DNA from: Acidimicrobiia bacterium
Lineage (GTDB): Bacteria; Actinomycetota; Acidimicrobiia; IMCC26256; JAGNEX01
Length of the DNA: 64,000 nt
Direction: 5' to 3'
NCBI GenBank assembly: GCA_018003035.1
Contig: JAGNEX010000004.1
Span: forward strand, 651 to 64,650
Below are positions 35,550-45,774 of this stretch, piece after piece (within the stretch, counting starts at the first letter, position 1; the number at the start of each line of letters is the position of its first letter). Made by a program: the position numbers and the translations under genes. Below the pieces are notes generated by a model, which was not told the origin of the DNA, searched no databases, and saw only the letters and a program-made list of their open reading frames with translations.

Positions 35550-38405
35550 TCAACCTCGCCGCGCACGCGACAACAACACGTGCGCGATAGAGCCAGCGAC
35601 CACGGCCCAGAGGACAGCAAACAACAGCGGGCTGACGAACCGGTCTCGATCGGTCCCCAGGATGATCTCTCGCACCGACGACTCTTTGAACACAGAGGCA
35701 CCCGCAAGGCCGAGCACCGAACCAAGAATCCAGGTCGCAAATACGATGATCAGCAGAGCCCCAATCACGGACGCCGACCACACCACTGCGGTCACAACCC
35801 TTGGTGAGGCCTGACGCGGGATGCGGACCGGTCTGCGATGCCGCTGAGCGTCCGCCAACATCTGCGTCACCCGCTGGTCGTTATCCGCCCCGATGGGACG
35901 GGTGTAGCCATGTCGAGTCTGCGTCGCAGACAGCCCGGCGGGTCCCCCTGGACGTCCAGGTACAGGGCGGGTGCCTCGCTCGGGGCCAAGACTGCGAGCA
36001 CCAGGAACATCAGCCCGGGTGGAGTCGGCGGGTGGTCGGTAGAGCTCGCCTGACGCTGCAACCTCACGCGTGCGGTCGCTGGCCGGTCGGTACAGGCCTC
36101 CGGACGCGTCGTCAGGCGCGTTCTCAGCGCGCTCAAAGGCACTACGCGGCATCCTCGGGGCGCGCTGGGGATCACGACTGGCCCCACCGCGATTGTCGAT
36201 ATCACGACGTCCAGGATCCCGACGCCGAGGCTCTGCACGCCCCGAGCTCGAAGTTGAGCTCCTCTCGCGGGGACGTCGACGCCCGTCGTCAAAGGATCCG
36301 GTCGACTCTTCGGCATCTGAGCGGGACCGACTGGTCGGACGCCGATCGGGCCGCTCGGCTGCCGAAGAGGACCTGCGATCGTCCCCGCTGCGGTCAAGGT
36401 CGCCCCGTCGGTTTGGTCGATCGGGTCCGTCGACTGGACGGCGGCCGCTGTCATCTCGATCTGGATCCGATCGACGGCGTCGACGATCGGGTAGCGGAGC
36501 TGCTACCGGCTCGAAGGGGACGAGCCCGCCGGAGCGATCCTTGACGAGCGGGATGGATGCGTCGGGCACGACCTGGCGCGTTCCGGGCTTCCGCTTGCGA
36601 GCTGGCTGCGGACGGGTCGTCGCATCAAAGACGACAGTCGGATCGATGTTTGTCGTCGCGGCCGAAGCGGCCTCTTCGTCAAGCACGCGAACGGCACGAA
36701 TCCCTGTCAGGAGATCGATCTCGGAAATGGAGGAATCCGTGCTGGTGGGAAGGTCACCAGCATCGCCCAGGTCTTCTTCTTCGTCGATACTCGCATCGTC
36801 GTCGATGCCGCCGCCGAAGTCGCCAATGTTCTCGGTATCCGCACTGCCGACATCGTCGAGACCCATGAGAGCGTCGATGTGTGCCGACCGCTCCTCACCA
36901 GACGTAAACGAATCATCGTCCCAGCTGTCCTCGTCATCAGGAGAGCCGGCCGACGAATCGCCCTCCTCTTCACCGGATTCAAGTGAATCGTCGGCGGACC
37001 GAGAACGACGGCCGAGTCGACCAAAACGGGAACGGCCTTTCTTGCGGTCCCCAAAGAACCCGTCCAGCCGGTCGCTTCGGGACTCCTCTTCCTCTTCGTC
37101 GTCCTCAAAAAACTCACTGCCGAACGCGTCGCTAGGCAGCTCATAGAGAGATTCCAGGCTGCGCGTTGGCTCACCGTCGGCATCGGCTAAAGCACCGGCA
37201 GTGTCGGCGCTGGCTTCGGAATGGCTGGCCGGCCCATCATCCTCGGAATGCGGCCACTGAGGGTCGTCCTCGCCCTCATCCCCAACCTCGAGCTGGTCGT
37301 GCTGACCACCTACAAGGTTGTCGAGCTCCTCCTCGATGTCGTCCAGACCAAAATCGGCGAAATCGAAGCCGGACTCGTCCAGATCGCCTGAGTCGTCAGC
37401 TCCGTCGGCGTCATCGGTGTCGTCGTTAGCATCCTCGACAGGGTCTGCCGGAGCGGGGCCGCTATCGAACAGACCGCCGAACTCGCCGCTTGTGACCTCA
37501 GCTTCAGCAGGGGTTTCCTCCGAATCCGGCCAAGCAGAAGACCGGGACCCCTGACGGCGAGGAGCATCGGCGATATTTGAGTAACGACCGGGCCGGGCCG
37601 CGTCTTCGTCAAACTCTGGTTCTACCTCTGGTGGGCCCGAACGCGCCGGACGCGGCCAACCTCCGGTCGGACCAATCGCGTCCGCACCGATCCGCAGGGA
37701 GCCAGAAAGGTCTGCGCCCCCAAGGTCGAGCAATGCGTCGAGGGGATTAAACGTCCCGGGCGAAGCGGCAGCCCCAGGCTGGTGTGCATCCGGTGTGGAC
37801 CGAGTTGCCGAGCCTGCCGGGCCCCTGCGGCCAGACCCCGCACTGGTGGGTGCCGACGTCGATGCTGGCGTGCCTCCGTCGGTCTTGACTCCTCCGTCGG
37901 GTGTGTCGACAGGAACTGAATCATCAGGTGAGGTCACATCATCAGGCGACGAATCCGCCGCTGGCTGAGCCTCTGCATCAGCGCCTTCCTCAAAGAGGTC
38001 TTCTAAATCCGAACTCCACGCATTGAGCGTGTCGTCATCCCACTGCTCGAGGGTTCGCGTCAGATCGTCTTCGAGGGCGGAATCGGCCGAGTCCGACACC
38101 TGGCCCGAACGGCGCCCCTGCCGAGGGCCGCGTGAGGCAGCGTCCGGTCGCTGCTGATTGGAGGACTCGCCTCCGGCTGCCTGGTCGGCTCCGTCTCCGC
38201 CGCGGCGCCCGCGACGAAAACGCCTCGCACGCTGTTTTGGTTCGGGACCAGACGCTGCCTGAGCAGCGGTCTCCTCGGGGTCGCGCCAAGCAACAGGCAC
38301 CTTGAGGCGCGCACCGCACCGCAAACAGGCGAACGTGTCGCCCCCCGGCACCTCGGCCTGGCGGTGGCGTCGACCGCATTTCGGACATTCGAGAAGCGAT
38401 GCCAT
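35550..38405 (-). CDS. Large hypothetical protein: N-terminal zinc ribbon, acidic/Arg-rich disordered centre, C-terminal TM pair
   Basis: 951 aa: CPKCGRRH...FACLRCGARLKVP; long D/E- and R-rich low-complexity region; VVTAVVWSASVIGALLIIVFATWILG and LLFAVLWAVVAGSIAHVLL. Confidence 0.75.
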   Translation of the reverse strand: MASLLECPKCGRRHRQAEVPGGDTFACLRCGARLKVPVAWRDPEETAAQAASGPEPKQRARRFRRGRRGGDGADQAAGGESSNQQRPDAASRGPRQGRRSGQVSDSADSALEDDLTRTLEQWDDDTLNAWSSDLEDLFEEGADAEAQPAADSSPDDVTSPDDSVPVDTPDGGVKTDGGTPASTSAPTSAGSGRRGPAGSATRSTPDAHQPGAAASPGTFNPLDALLDLGGADLSGSLRIGADAIGPTGGWPRPARSGPPEVEPEFDEDAARPGRYSNIADAPRRQGSRSSAWPDSEETPAEAEVTSGEFGGLFDSGPAPADPVEDANDDTDDADGADDSGDLDESGFDFADFGLDDIEEELDNLVGGQHDQLEVGDEGEDDPQWPHSEDDGPASHSEASADTAGALADADGEPTRSLESLYELPSDAFGSEFFEDDEEEEESRSDRLDGFFGDRKKGRSRFGRLGRRSRSADDSLESGEEEGDSSAGSPDDEDSWDDDSFTSGEERSAHIDALMGLDDVGSADTENIGDFGGGIDDDASIDEEEDLGDAGDLPTSTDSSISEIDLLTGIRAVRVLDEEAASAATTNIDPTVVFDATTRPQPARKRKPGTRQVVPDASIPLVKDRSGGLVPFEPVAAPLPDRRRRRSDPDRDDSGRRPVDGPDRPNRRGDLDRSGDDRRSSSAAERPDRRPTSRSRSDAEESTGSFDDGRRRPRERSSTSSSGRAEPRRRDPGRRDIDNRGGASRDPQRAPRMPRSAFERAENAPDDASGGLYRPASDRTREVAASGELYRPPADSTRADVPGARSLGPERGTRPVPGRPGGPAGLSATQTRHGYTRPIGADNDQRVTQMLADAQRHRRPVRIPRQASPRVVTAVVWSASVIGALLIIVFATWILGSVLGLAGASVFKESSVREIILGTDRDRFVSPLLFAVLWAVVAGSIAHVLLSRARRG

Positions 38406-38407
38406 TG

Positions 38408-39448
38408 CTACGAGGCTTCCTGCTGGCTGATTGTCACCAATGCGTGCAGAACCTCAATGGGGCGTTGGTCGCTCATTGCCTTGCGCGCTATGTCGACACC
38501 GTCAGCGATGGTCGACACCGCCCCAGAGACACACAAAATTGCTCCGGCGTTCAAGGCAACGATGTCTGATGCGGGTCCGCCGTCTCCGGTCAAGATCTCT
38601 GGAACAGCCGCGACTCGTTGGCCGAGTTCGCCGCCCTGAATTGCTTCCAGCGGCGCTTCAGAGATTCCGAAATCCCCGGGCCTGATCACGATTTCAGACA
38701 CCAAACCGCCGGAGTAGCGCAAAACGGTTGAAGGCCCTGACAGGGTGATCTCGTCGAGGCCGTCCGAGCCCCACACCACCATCGCTTCGGTCACACCTCG
38801 CCGTGTGAGGACGGCGAGCATGCGCTCGGCCATCGTCGCGTCGCTCACGCCCACGAACTGGCGCCCGACCCTTGCGGGATTCGCAAGGGGCCCGAGGAAG
38901 TTAAAGAGCGTTGGGACGGCCAACTGTTGGCGTACCGGGCCGACAAAGCGCATCGACGGGTGATACGACCGAGCGAAATAGAAGCCCATTCCCGAGCCTT
39001 TGATGCACGCGGCGACACCCTCGCCTGGAAGGTCGATCGCAACCCCCAGCGCCTCCAACAAGTCAGCCGAGCCGCAATCTGACGACGCCGAACGATTTCC
39101 GTGCTTTGCGACGCGCGCACCCGCACTGGCAGCGACGAGCGATGCCAAAGTCGAGACGTTGATTGAATGCGACCGATCCCCGCCCGTGCCGCAAGTATCG
39201 ACCAAATCGGAGAGGTCTCCCAGATCGTCCAGCGGAGCCGGCTGCGCGTTCTCGTACATCACATCGAGGATCGCCGCGAGTTCCGAGGCGTCCTCGCCAC
39301 GAACCCGCATCCCAAAGATCAACGCGGCCGTCTGAGCGTCGGATGCTTGGCCGGACAGGATCTGGCGAAAGGCCCAACGGATGGAAGTTTCGTCGAGTGC
39401 CCCAGCGCGCAACTGCGTGAGTACCTCAGCCCACGACGTTTCAGCCAT
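38408..39448 (-). CDS. trpD: Anthranilate phosphoribosyltransferase
   Basis: 346 aa: DTCGTGGDRSHSINVSTLASLVAASAGARVAKHGNRSASS, FYFARSYHPSMRFVGPVRQQL, FNFLGPLANPA. Confidence 0.95.
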   Translation of the reverse strand: MAETSWAEVLTQLRAGALDETSIRWAFRQILSGQASDAQTAALIFGMRVRGEDASELAAILDVMYENAQPAPLDDLGDLSDLVDTCGTGGDRSHSINVSTLASLVAASAGARVAKHGNRSASSDCGSADLLEALGVAIDLPGEGVAACIKGSGMGFYFARSYHPSMRFVGPVRQQLAVPTLFNFLGPLANPARVGRQFVGVSDATMAERMLAVLTRRGVTEAMVVWGSDGLDEITLSGPSTVLRYSGGLVSEIVIRPGDFGISEAPLEAIQGGELGQRVAAVPEILTGDGGPASDIVALNAGAILCVSGAVSTIADGVDIARKAMSDQRPIEVLHALVTISQQEAS

Positions 39449-39489
39449 CGATTCCGATCCTCCGTCTCATAGAACTCGTCCAAGGCTAG

Positions 39490-40062
39490 GTGTCGCGACC
39501 CCCTAGTGGGAGGATGCTCACCGTCACATCACCCTCTCAAGGGCCGCAGCGCGCGAGCCTTACTGGGTCACCTAAAAGTCCAAGGGCCCAAATCCACGAG
39601 GAGCGCCTGTTGAACAGTCTTGCCGACATCCGTTGGAAATCGGTCGCGGCCGGGGCTGCGAACGGTCTGCTGTTCTTGGTGATCGCCGGTGTTGGCGAGT
39701 TGATCCACCAGGCCGTCGTTGACGATCCGTGCGACTCATCCTGGAGTTACCTGCTCTTTGCCGTGCAGATGTTCGGCTACCTCTTCGCCGGTTACGTCGG
39801 TGCCCGGTACCAACCCGAACGCCCGCTAACCCACGGAGCGTTGGCAGCGCTCGGCGCGGTCATCGCAGGGCTCGTCTTGGGTGCCGCACTGAGCAGCTTT
39901 GTCGACACCGCAGACTGCGGGAACGAGTTCGTCATCGTGGTGTTTTCCCGGTCCTTGTTTGCCGTGGGCCTTGGCCTGGTCGGAGCGACCTTCGGCCAGC
40001 GCGCCCTGCGGATCTACGGGCTTCCCGGCGACGAGACGCCACGATCCGACACCGACGCCTGA
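39490..40062 (+). CDS. Hypothetical multi-TM membrane protein
   Basis: 190 aa with four hydrophobic segments; alternative start TTG 39610 (LNSLADIRWKSVAAG). Confidence 0.65.
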   Translation: MSRPPSGRMLTVTSPSQGPQRASLTGSPKSPRAQIHEERLLNSLADIRWKSVAAGAANGLLFLVIAGVGELIHQAVVDDPCDSSWSYLLFAVQMFGYLFAGYVGARYQPERPLTHGALAALGAVIAGLVLGAALSSFVDTADCGNEFVIVVFSRSLFAVGLGLVGATFGQRALRIYGLPGDETPRSDTDA

Positions 40063-40230
40063 GCGGTGGGGTTCGGGGCGGCAGTCCCGAATCGCGAGCC
40101 GCGACTTAGCCTGCCTCGGGGCGTTGGTTTCCCGATCGGACGACCGGATCAGAGCGGCGTGGGCCGCCACGACGCGACCCGGCCGGCGCCCGGTCCTCTC
40201 GAGCCTCAGCAACCGTGCAATGCTGTCGAA

Positions 40231-40596
<366 letters not shown>

Positions 40597-40718
40597 CCAC
40601 CATCTCGACGCCAGGTGCCGCCCAGAATGTCTGCTCCGTGAGTGCTGCCCTGGGGTGCGCCTGGCCAGTGGCCCGCGAGGCGGCGACACATCGGTCGGGC
40701 GCCGACGTTGTGTTGTCG

Positions 40719-42449
40719 CTACCGAGCGTCTGAGTTGAGCATCATCTCGGAGACCCGCACGATGTCGCGCATGTCGATGATGCCGACATATCGCTCGCCG
40801 TCGACCACCGGAATCCGGTCAAGACCCGACCGTTCCATCGCCTGGACGGTCTTTCGCAGATTCCAGGTGAGCGCAGCGGGTGTCACATCAACGCGCAGTG
40901 TGTCGTTGACCGTGGTCACCGCGCGCATCCCCTTATCGACGTTCTCAAGAGACTGCGGTGTCATGACACCCAGGTACACCCCATCATCGACGACCGGCAC
41001 CACATCAGAGCCAGCGGACGGAAGGAAGTCCCGCAGATAATCGTCGATCGACGTGGCCGACGGCACCGTTAACGCGTCACGGCTAATCGCGGCGGTGACC
41101 GGCAAACGCAAGCGCCGCTCCACCGCTCCGGCGCGCCGCGAACGCTGGTCAGGGGCAATAGAAGCTGGCCCCATAACCAGCTGAGCCAGAGCGGTCGCGA
41201 TGATGCCCGGCACAACAAAGTCGGCTCGCGTGGTCGTCTCAGCAACGAACATCACAGCAGCGATTGGAGTCCGGTAGCCAGCGCCCAGAAAAGCGGCCAT
41301 GCCGACCAGGGGGAGAAGCGTCGAGGTTGAGGACTCATTGAGCATTCCCGACACCGAACGGCCGAGGAGGGCCCCCAACGCTGCGAGCGACACGAACACC
41401 CCTCCGACGCCCCCGCCGCTCAATGCCAGCAGCGTAGCGCTCCACCTAAAGGCAAAGATCGCCACGACGAGCCCAACGCCGACGTCGGTATTGGTGGCCC
41501 AACGGATCGTGTTGTACCCCGCCCCGAGGGTGAGAAACTCGTCGGTCAACGAGAGCGAAATCGCAGCGATCGCGGCGATTCCAACCGACGCAATGACCAC
41601 GCGGTACCGCCACCGAATGTGCAGCGCCGTGTGCTTGGCCGCAAGCGCAGTCATGGCAAACAGGCGGGCGCCGAGCCCGGACAGCAAGCCGACAAGCGCC
41701 GCAGCACCGAGGTCGGGGGTGGTCACACTCGACGCGGTGAACAGCGGTAACAGGGCCTGACTTCCGTTGAGGGCGATAAAGGTGAGGTAGGACGCCGCTG
41801 CCGCGATCAAAGCTGGCAGCACCGATCGGCCAGAGGAATCGTCTCGATATGGCACTTCGATCGCGAACAACGCACCGGTCGCCGGCGCTTTGAAGATGGC
41901 AGCGACGGCAGCGGCCGTCCCGGCGGTCATCAACAGCTTCGAATCTCGGGTCGAAAACATTCGGTGAAAACGGTCTTGAACCTTTGCCCCAATCGCCGCC
42001 CCGAGATAGACGCTCGGGCCCTCGTAACCCAGGGGAACGCCCGAACCGAGCGTCAGGGCGGCCGCAAGCATGCGCGCCGGCACCGGTTTGTACGGGAAAG
42101 GCGCGCGGCTGTGATAGTTCTGCACGTAGACGTCGGAATTCGACGGCGAGGCACGATTTCCCAGGTAACGCAGGGCAAGCATCGCACCCAGAAGCCCGAA
42201 ACCCGGAGCGATCATCCGGGCGGCGTTGGGCAGATGATCCACCCATTCAGCGACCACCTCGGCGGTCACATAGTCAAAGACTGCGACCGCCAGACCGACG
42301 ATGATCCCGACAAACATGGCGAGCAGCAGCGTGCGTTGCCACTGGCGCTGCCAGCGTTGAACGGTCAGCCGTCGAGCATCCGCTTCACGTGCAAACCGCT
42401 GAACGACACGCTTTCGCCAAAGGGCCACACGGGTGGACGCCTTACCCAT
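40719..42449 (-). CDS. ClC-type chloride channel with C-terminal CBS domains
   Basis: LGSGVPLGYEGPSVYLGAAIG, FKAPATGALFAIEVPY, GAGYRTPIAAVMFVAETT; paired CBS regions at the C-terminus. Start at MGKASTRV. Confidence 0.88.
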   Translation of the reverse strand: MGKASTRVALWRKRVVQRFAREADARRLTVQRWQRQWQRTLLLAMFVGIIVGLAVAVFDYVTAEVVAEWVDHLPNAARMIAPGFGLLGAMLALRYLGNRASPSNSDVYVQNYHSRAPFPYKPVPARMLAAALTLGSGVPLGYEGPSVYLGAAIGAKVQDRFHRMFSTRDSKLLMTAGTAAAVAAIFKAPATGALFAIEVPYRDDSSGRSVLPALIAAAASYLTFIALNGSQALLPLFTASSVTTPDLGAAALVGLLSGLGARLFAMTALAAKHTALHIRWRYRVVIASVGIAAIAAISLSLTDEFLTLGAGYNTIRWATNTDVGVGLVVAIFAFRWSATLLALSGGGVGGVFVSLAALGALLGRSVSGMLNESSTSTLLPLVGMAAFLGAGYRTPIAAVMFVAETTTRADFVVPGIIATALAQLVMGPASIAPDQRSRRAGAVERRLRLPVTAAISRDALTVPSATSIDDYLRDFLPSAGSDVVPVVDDGVYLGVMTPQSLENVDKGMRAVTTVNDTLRVDVTPAALTWNLRKTVQAMERSGLDRIPVVDGERYVGIIDMRDIVRVSEMMLNSDAR

Positions 42450-43044
42450 CGAGTGAGGCCTGGGGAAGTGGCACGACGTTAAAACCGCTGACAACGGGCC
42501 AGGCGGCGGTTCCTTCGATCACCGACATCGCAGCGTTGTCAAGGCGAAACCGCCACGAGGAAACTGGGGACATGCCGAGGGCGTTGGTGAGTAGCGCTTT
42601 GATGGGTGACACGTGGCTGACCGCGACCACTGGCGTACCGCCCAACCATTCGCTGAGGAGCGGCGCCACGCGTTGGCTCACTTGTTCCAGCGACTCGCCG
42701 TCACGCGGGGAAAAGGTGGCATCCGTGCGCCATGCATTGGCGGCTGAGCCAGGGACGTCCTTGAAGGGAACGCCTTCCCATTGGCCGTAGGACACCTCGA
42801 TGAGTCGTTCGTCAACGACCGGCTCACAGCCGATCGAGCGAGCGATGATCTCGGCGGTCTCCACGGCGCGACGGAGCGGGCTGCAGTACAGGCGCCCGAT
42901 CGACGAACCGTAACGTGCTCGGAGAAACTCGCCGAGAGCTTGTGCCTGTTCCATCCCGACCTTGTTCAGCGCCAGGTCGGAACGTCCCTGCAGAAGCCCA
43001 TGAGCGTTTGCGTCGGTCTGGCCGTGTCGGGCAAGGATCAACAA
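42442..43044 (-). CDS. Histidine phosphatase superfamily protein
   Basis: LILARHGQTDANAHGLLQGRSDLALN...SPLRRAVETAEIIA...YGQWEG...VVAVSHVSPIKAL. Confidence 0.9.
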   Translation of the reverse strand: MLILARHGQTDANAHGLLQGRSDLALNKVGMEQAQALGEFLRARYGSSIGRLYCSPLRRAVETAEIIARSIGCEPVVDERLIEVSYGQWEGVPFKDVPGSAANAWRTDATFSPRDGESLEQVSQRVAPLLSEWLGGTPVVAVSHVSPIKALLTNALGMSPVSSWRFRLDNAAMSVIEGTAAWPVVSGFNVVPLPQASLDG

Positions 43045-43095
43045 CGCGCCAGCCGCCTCCGTTCTTGGGTAGTCGTGGTGGGTGTCGGTTCGGCG

Positions 43096-43575
43096 TTACC
43101 GGGAGCCGATAGGCGGGCTCACCGTACCGGTGGCGAGGAAGGTTTGCCGTCGGCGCGGTTCACTGAGCCCGAAATGTTTATAGAACGCTACACAGGCAAC
43201 CACGCCGAGCAGCTCGCGAGCGACCAACCAACCGGCCGCCGGCAACAATGCGTGACTCCCCCAGTCGGCTCCTAGGGCAGGCCACCAGAAAACTGCCTGG
43301 TCCGCCCAGACCCCGTCTAGAACGAGGTGTGCCAACATGCCGATCGGAACGCCTAACCAACGTCGCTGTCCCAGACGAGAGCGCTGAGCAAGCATCACTA
43401 CAGCCATCACCAGGCCGGCAGCGACAAGGGTGTGACCAAACGCCCAGTGACCGACGGCCACATCTACCGCCAACGGAACGAGCGCCCCCAGGGCGAGGAA
43501 ACGGTAATCGACGCCGCGGGACTGGAAAACCGCCCAGACTCCCCACCACGTGAGCCCGATGAAATAGAGAATCAC
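43096..43575 (-). CDS. Hypothetical membrane protein
   Basis: Downstream part of a 203-aa ORF with hydrophobic segments (VILYFIGLTWWGVWAVFQSRGVDYRFLALGALVPLAVDVAVGHW). Start GTG 43575 chosen because the longer version overlaps the upstream gene by ~130 nt. Confidence 0.6.
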   Translation of the reverse strand: MILYFIGLTWWGVWAVFQSRGVDYRFLALGALVPLAVDVAVGHWAFGHTLVAAGLVMAVVMLAQRSRLGQRRWLGVPIGMLAHLVLDGVWADQAVFWWPALGADWGSHALLPAAGWLVARELLGVVACVAFYKHFGLSEPRRRQTFLATGTVSPPIGSR

Positions 43576-43579
43576 GCTC

Positions 43580-44293
43580 TCAGGTGCGCACCAGAATGCA
43601 CGAGCAATTGTCGCAGCGAGGCACCGCGTCGGGCGACATTCCTCTGATCCGGTCGACTTCGACTGCGGGAAGCGTGAGGTGACAGCCCTGGCAGGTATTG
43701 CCGACAAGCTTGGCGACCCCTACACCTCGGTTGTGGGTACGAATGCGCTCGTAGGTGGCGAGAAGCGCCGCATCGATGACGTTCGCCGCTTCGACTCGCC
43801 GCGCTTGTAACGCTTCGACTTCGGCTTCGAGGTCGACTTCCCGCTCGGCAAGCGCCGTGGTCGCTGCCGCCACTTTGGCCCCGGCAGTTTCCAGGCCCGC
43901 GGTCTGGTCCGCAATCGTCGTTTCGATGGTTTCTCGCGCCTCCATCTGGACCAGGTTGAGATCGTCGAGGTGATCGCGCTGGCGGCGGAGCTGATCGAGA
44001 TCGGCCTGCCACATCAGAAGTTCGCGGTGGTTGCCCGATCCCGTTTCGAGCTGGTGCTCGACGTGGGTCATCTTGTCGGCCAGTTGGGCCGCCTCGTCGG
44101 AGAGCTTGGCCTCGGCTTTGAGACGCTCGTCCCGGGCCGACTGGGCCTTTTCGAGTTCGCCACGCCGGACTAACTCATCCTGTTCGGCTTCGTTCAGCGC
44201 CGCTCGCTCGGGGAGCTCGCGGAGCTGGCGTTGAAGCCGCACCAAATCGATATCGATTTCTTGGAGTGCGAGAAGTTCCTCGAGTGCGCCCAT
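43580..44293 (-). CDS. Coiled-coil protein with C-terminal zinc ribbon (C4-type, CT398-like)
   Basis: LLALQEIDIDLVRLQRQLRELPERAAL...GNTCQGCHLTLPAVEVDRIRG...VPRCDNCSCILVR. Confidence 0.82.
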   Translation of the reverse strand: MGALEELLALQEIDIDLVRLQRQLRELPERAALNEAEQDELVRRGELEKAQSARDERLKAEAKLSDEAAQLADKMTHVEHQLETGSGNHRELLMWQADLDQLRRQRDHLDDLNLVQMEARETIETTIADQTAGLETAGAKVAAATTALAEREVDLEAEVEALQARRVEAANVIDAALLATYERIRTHNRGVGVAKLVGNTCQGCHLTLPAVEVDRIRGMSPDAVPRCDNCSCILVRT

Positions 44294-44394
44294 CGGGCGG
44301 CATCGTAGCGCGCCGCCCAGGACAGGTCGGCCCGAGCGACGCTACGAACTCTGGTCAGCAGGAGATGGCGCCGAATCTGCCGCTACCCCGCTAG

Positions 44395-45477
44395 CTAGAC
44401 CCCGATCAGCGCGGCCGACAGCACTGCTGCCATCGCCTGATATCCCTTGGCATTTGGATGGAACGACGAACCCGGGTCGGGCAGCAGCGTGTACCCATTG
44501 TGATAGGGGTCCTCGGTACACAGCTCGTGGCCCTGATCAGCGCTTCCAACCTCGACATAGCGCACACCAGCAGCAGCAGCCGCGCGCTTGACCACCGAGT
44601 TGATCTCGGCCATCTCGCGGGCAACCCAATCCATCTCTTTACGTGTCCAACCAGCAGCGGCGGGACATTCGGTTGCAGCGTCTTCGGTGAGCGGCGCGAA
44701 CTCGGCGTATCCAAAGACGACGATGGTCGCGTTCGGGGCGGCCGCCTTCACCGCGTTGTACGCGTCGGTCAATGCTGGTTCGATCGATTTGATCCGGTCG
44801 CTCATGATGTCGGTTCCGTCTTGGTTGGCGAACTCTTCACAATCTTCGAGGATCGAACACCCGATGACCGCTTCGGTCCATCCGACATCGTTTCCGCCGA
44901 TCGAAAGGGTCACAAGGTCGACAGAGCCATCGAGGGCGGCAATTTGGGCTGGCCCTTTGTCGCCGTAAGGTTCGGTGATGTGGCGGATTTTGGCGCCAGC
45001 GCAAGCGACCGATTCGACCTCGGTAGGTGCAATGGCTTCGATCGACTTGGCGAACAGGAAGGGGTAGGCGTTCGACGAACGAGCGCAGCCTCCGAGTAGG
45101 TCATAGGGCGGCGCGCCGGTACCGGAACTGTACGAATCGCCAAGCGCCACATACTTGATGACACCATCGCCATTACGGTCCGCCACAGCACCCCCCGTTC
45201 CGCCCCCTGCAGGCGGCTTACTCGTCGGCGGAGTGGTCGTTTGAACCGTTGTTTGGGGCGAATCTGTGGTCGAGGTTCCCTTTGAACCCACCGTTGTCGT
45301 AGTCGTCGTGCTGTGTGGCACCGTGGGCAGCACGACGGTGGGCTGACTCGTCGGGGTTACCACCTGATCGCTGTCCTTGGAAGCCCGGCTCGCCATCCAA
45401 CCGATGACACCACCGATCAGCAGAGCCGCCACGACGGCGGCCACGATCACCGTGGTCTTCTGGTTTGAATCAGACAT
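44395..45477 (-). CDS. Secreted SGNH/GDSL-family hydrolase, membrane-anchored
   Basis: N-terminal TM, Thr/Pro-rich linker, YVALGDSYSSGTGAPPY, DLVTLSIGGNDVGW, DPYHNGYTLLPDPGSSFHPNAKGYQAMA. Confidence 0.88.
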   Translation of the reverse strand: MSDSNQKTTVIVAAVVAALLIGGVIGWMASRASKDSDQVVTPTSQPTVVLPTVPHSTTTTTTVGSKGTSTTDSPQTTVQTTTPPTSKPPAGGGTGGAVADRNGDGVIKYVALGDSYSSGTGAPPYDLLGGCARSSNAYPFLFAKSIEAIAPTEVESVACAGAKIRHITEPYGDKGPAQIAALDGSVDLVTLSIGGNDVGWTEAVIGCSILEDCEEFANQDGTDIMSDRIKSIEPALTDAYNAVKAAAPNATIVVFGYAEFAPLTEDAATECPAAAGWTRKEMDWVAREMAEINSVVKRAAAAAGVRYVEVGSADQGHELCTEDPYHNGYTLLPDPGSSFHPNAKGYQAMAAVLSAALIGV

Positions 45478-45774
45478 TCAGGCCTCTCACATTTTCATTG
45501 TTCGGACGGGTCTGGACTCGGGCGGTCTGGCCGGGTCGGGGTCACACCGAAACCAAAGTGAGCAACCGAGAAGGCCACACCAACTCACATCAAGACGCAG
45601 CAGGGGACCCAAACGGTGTTCTCTTGATTCATCACGGCAAACGGCTCAACCCACCGTCGCGCATACCCGAGGCAAAAGATTTTCGCTTCGAGAAAGCAAC
45701 CTCCGGGGCGACGGCCAACCGGCAACGGTCTGTGTGTCACAGGCCAAACGCAGTGAAACCGACGCCGAGATAGT

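Noticed and set aside
36070-37146. 358-aa + strand ORF inside the 951-aa gene
   Set aside because: Ser/Arg-rich mirror of the acidic low-complexity minus-strand reading frame.
42450-42494. N-terminal extension of the ClC ORF (MSAVLTSCHFPRPHS)
   Set aside because: Overlaps the histidine phosphatase gene by 53 nt; MGKASTRV at 42449 gives a normal 8-nt overlap.
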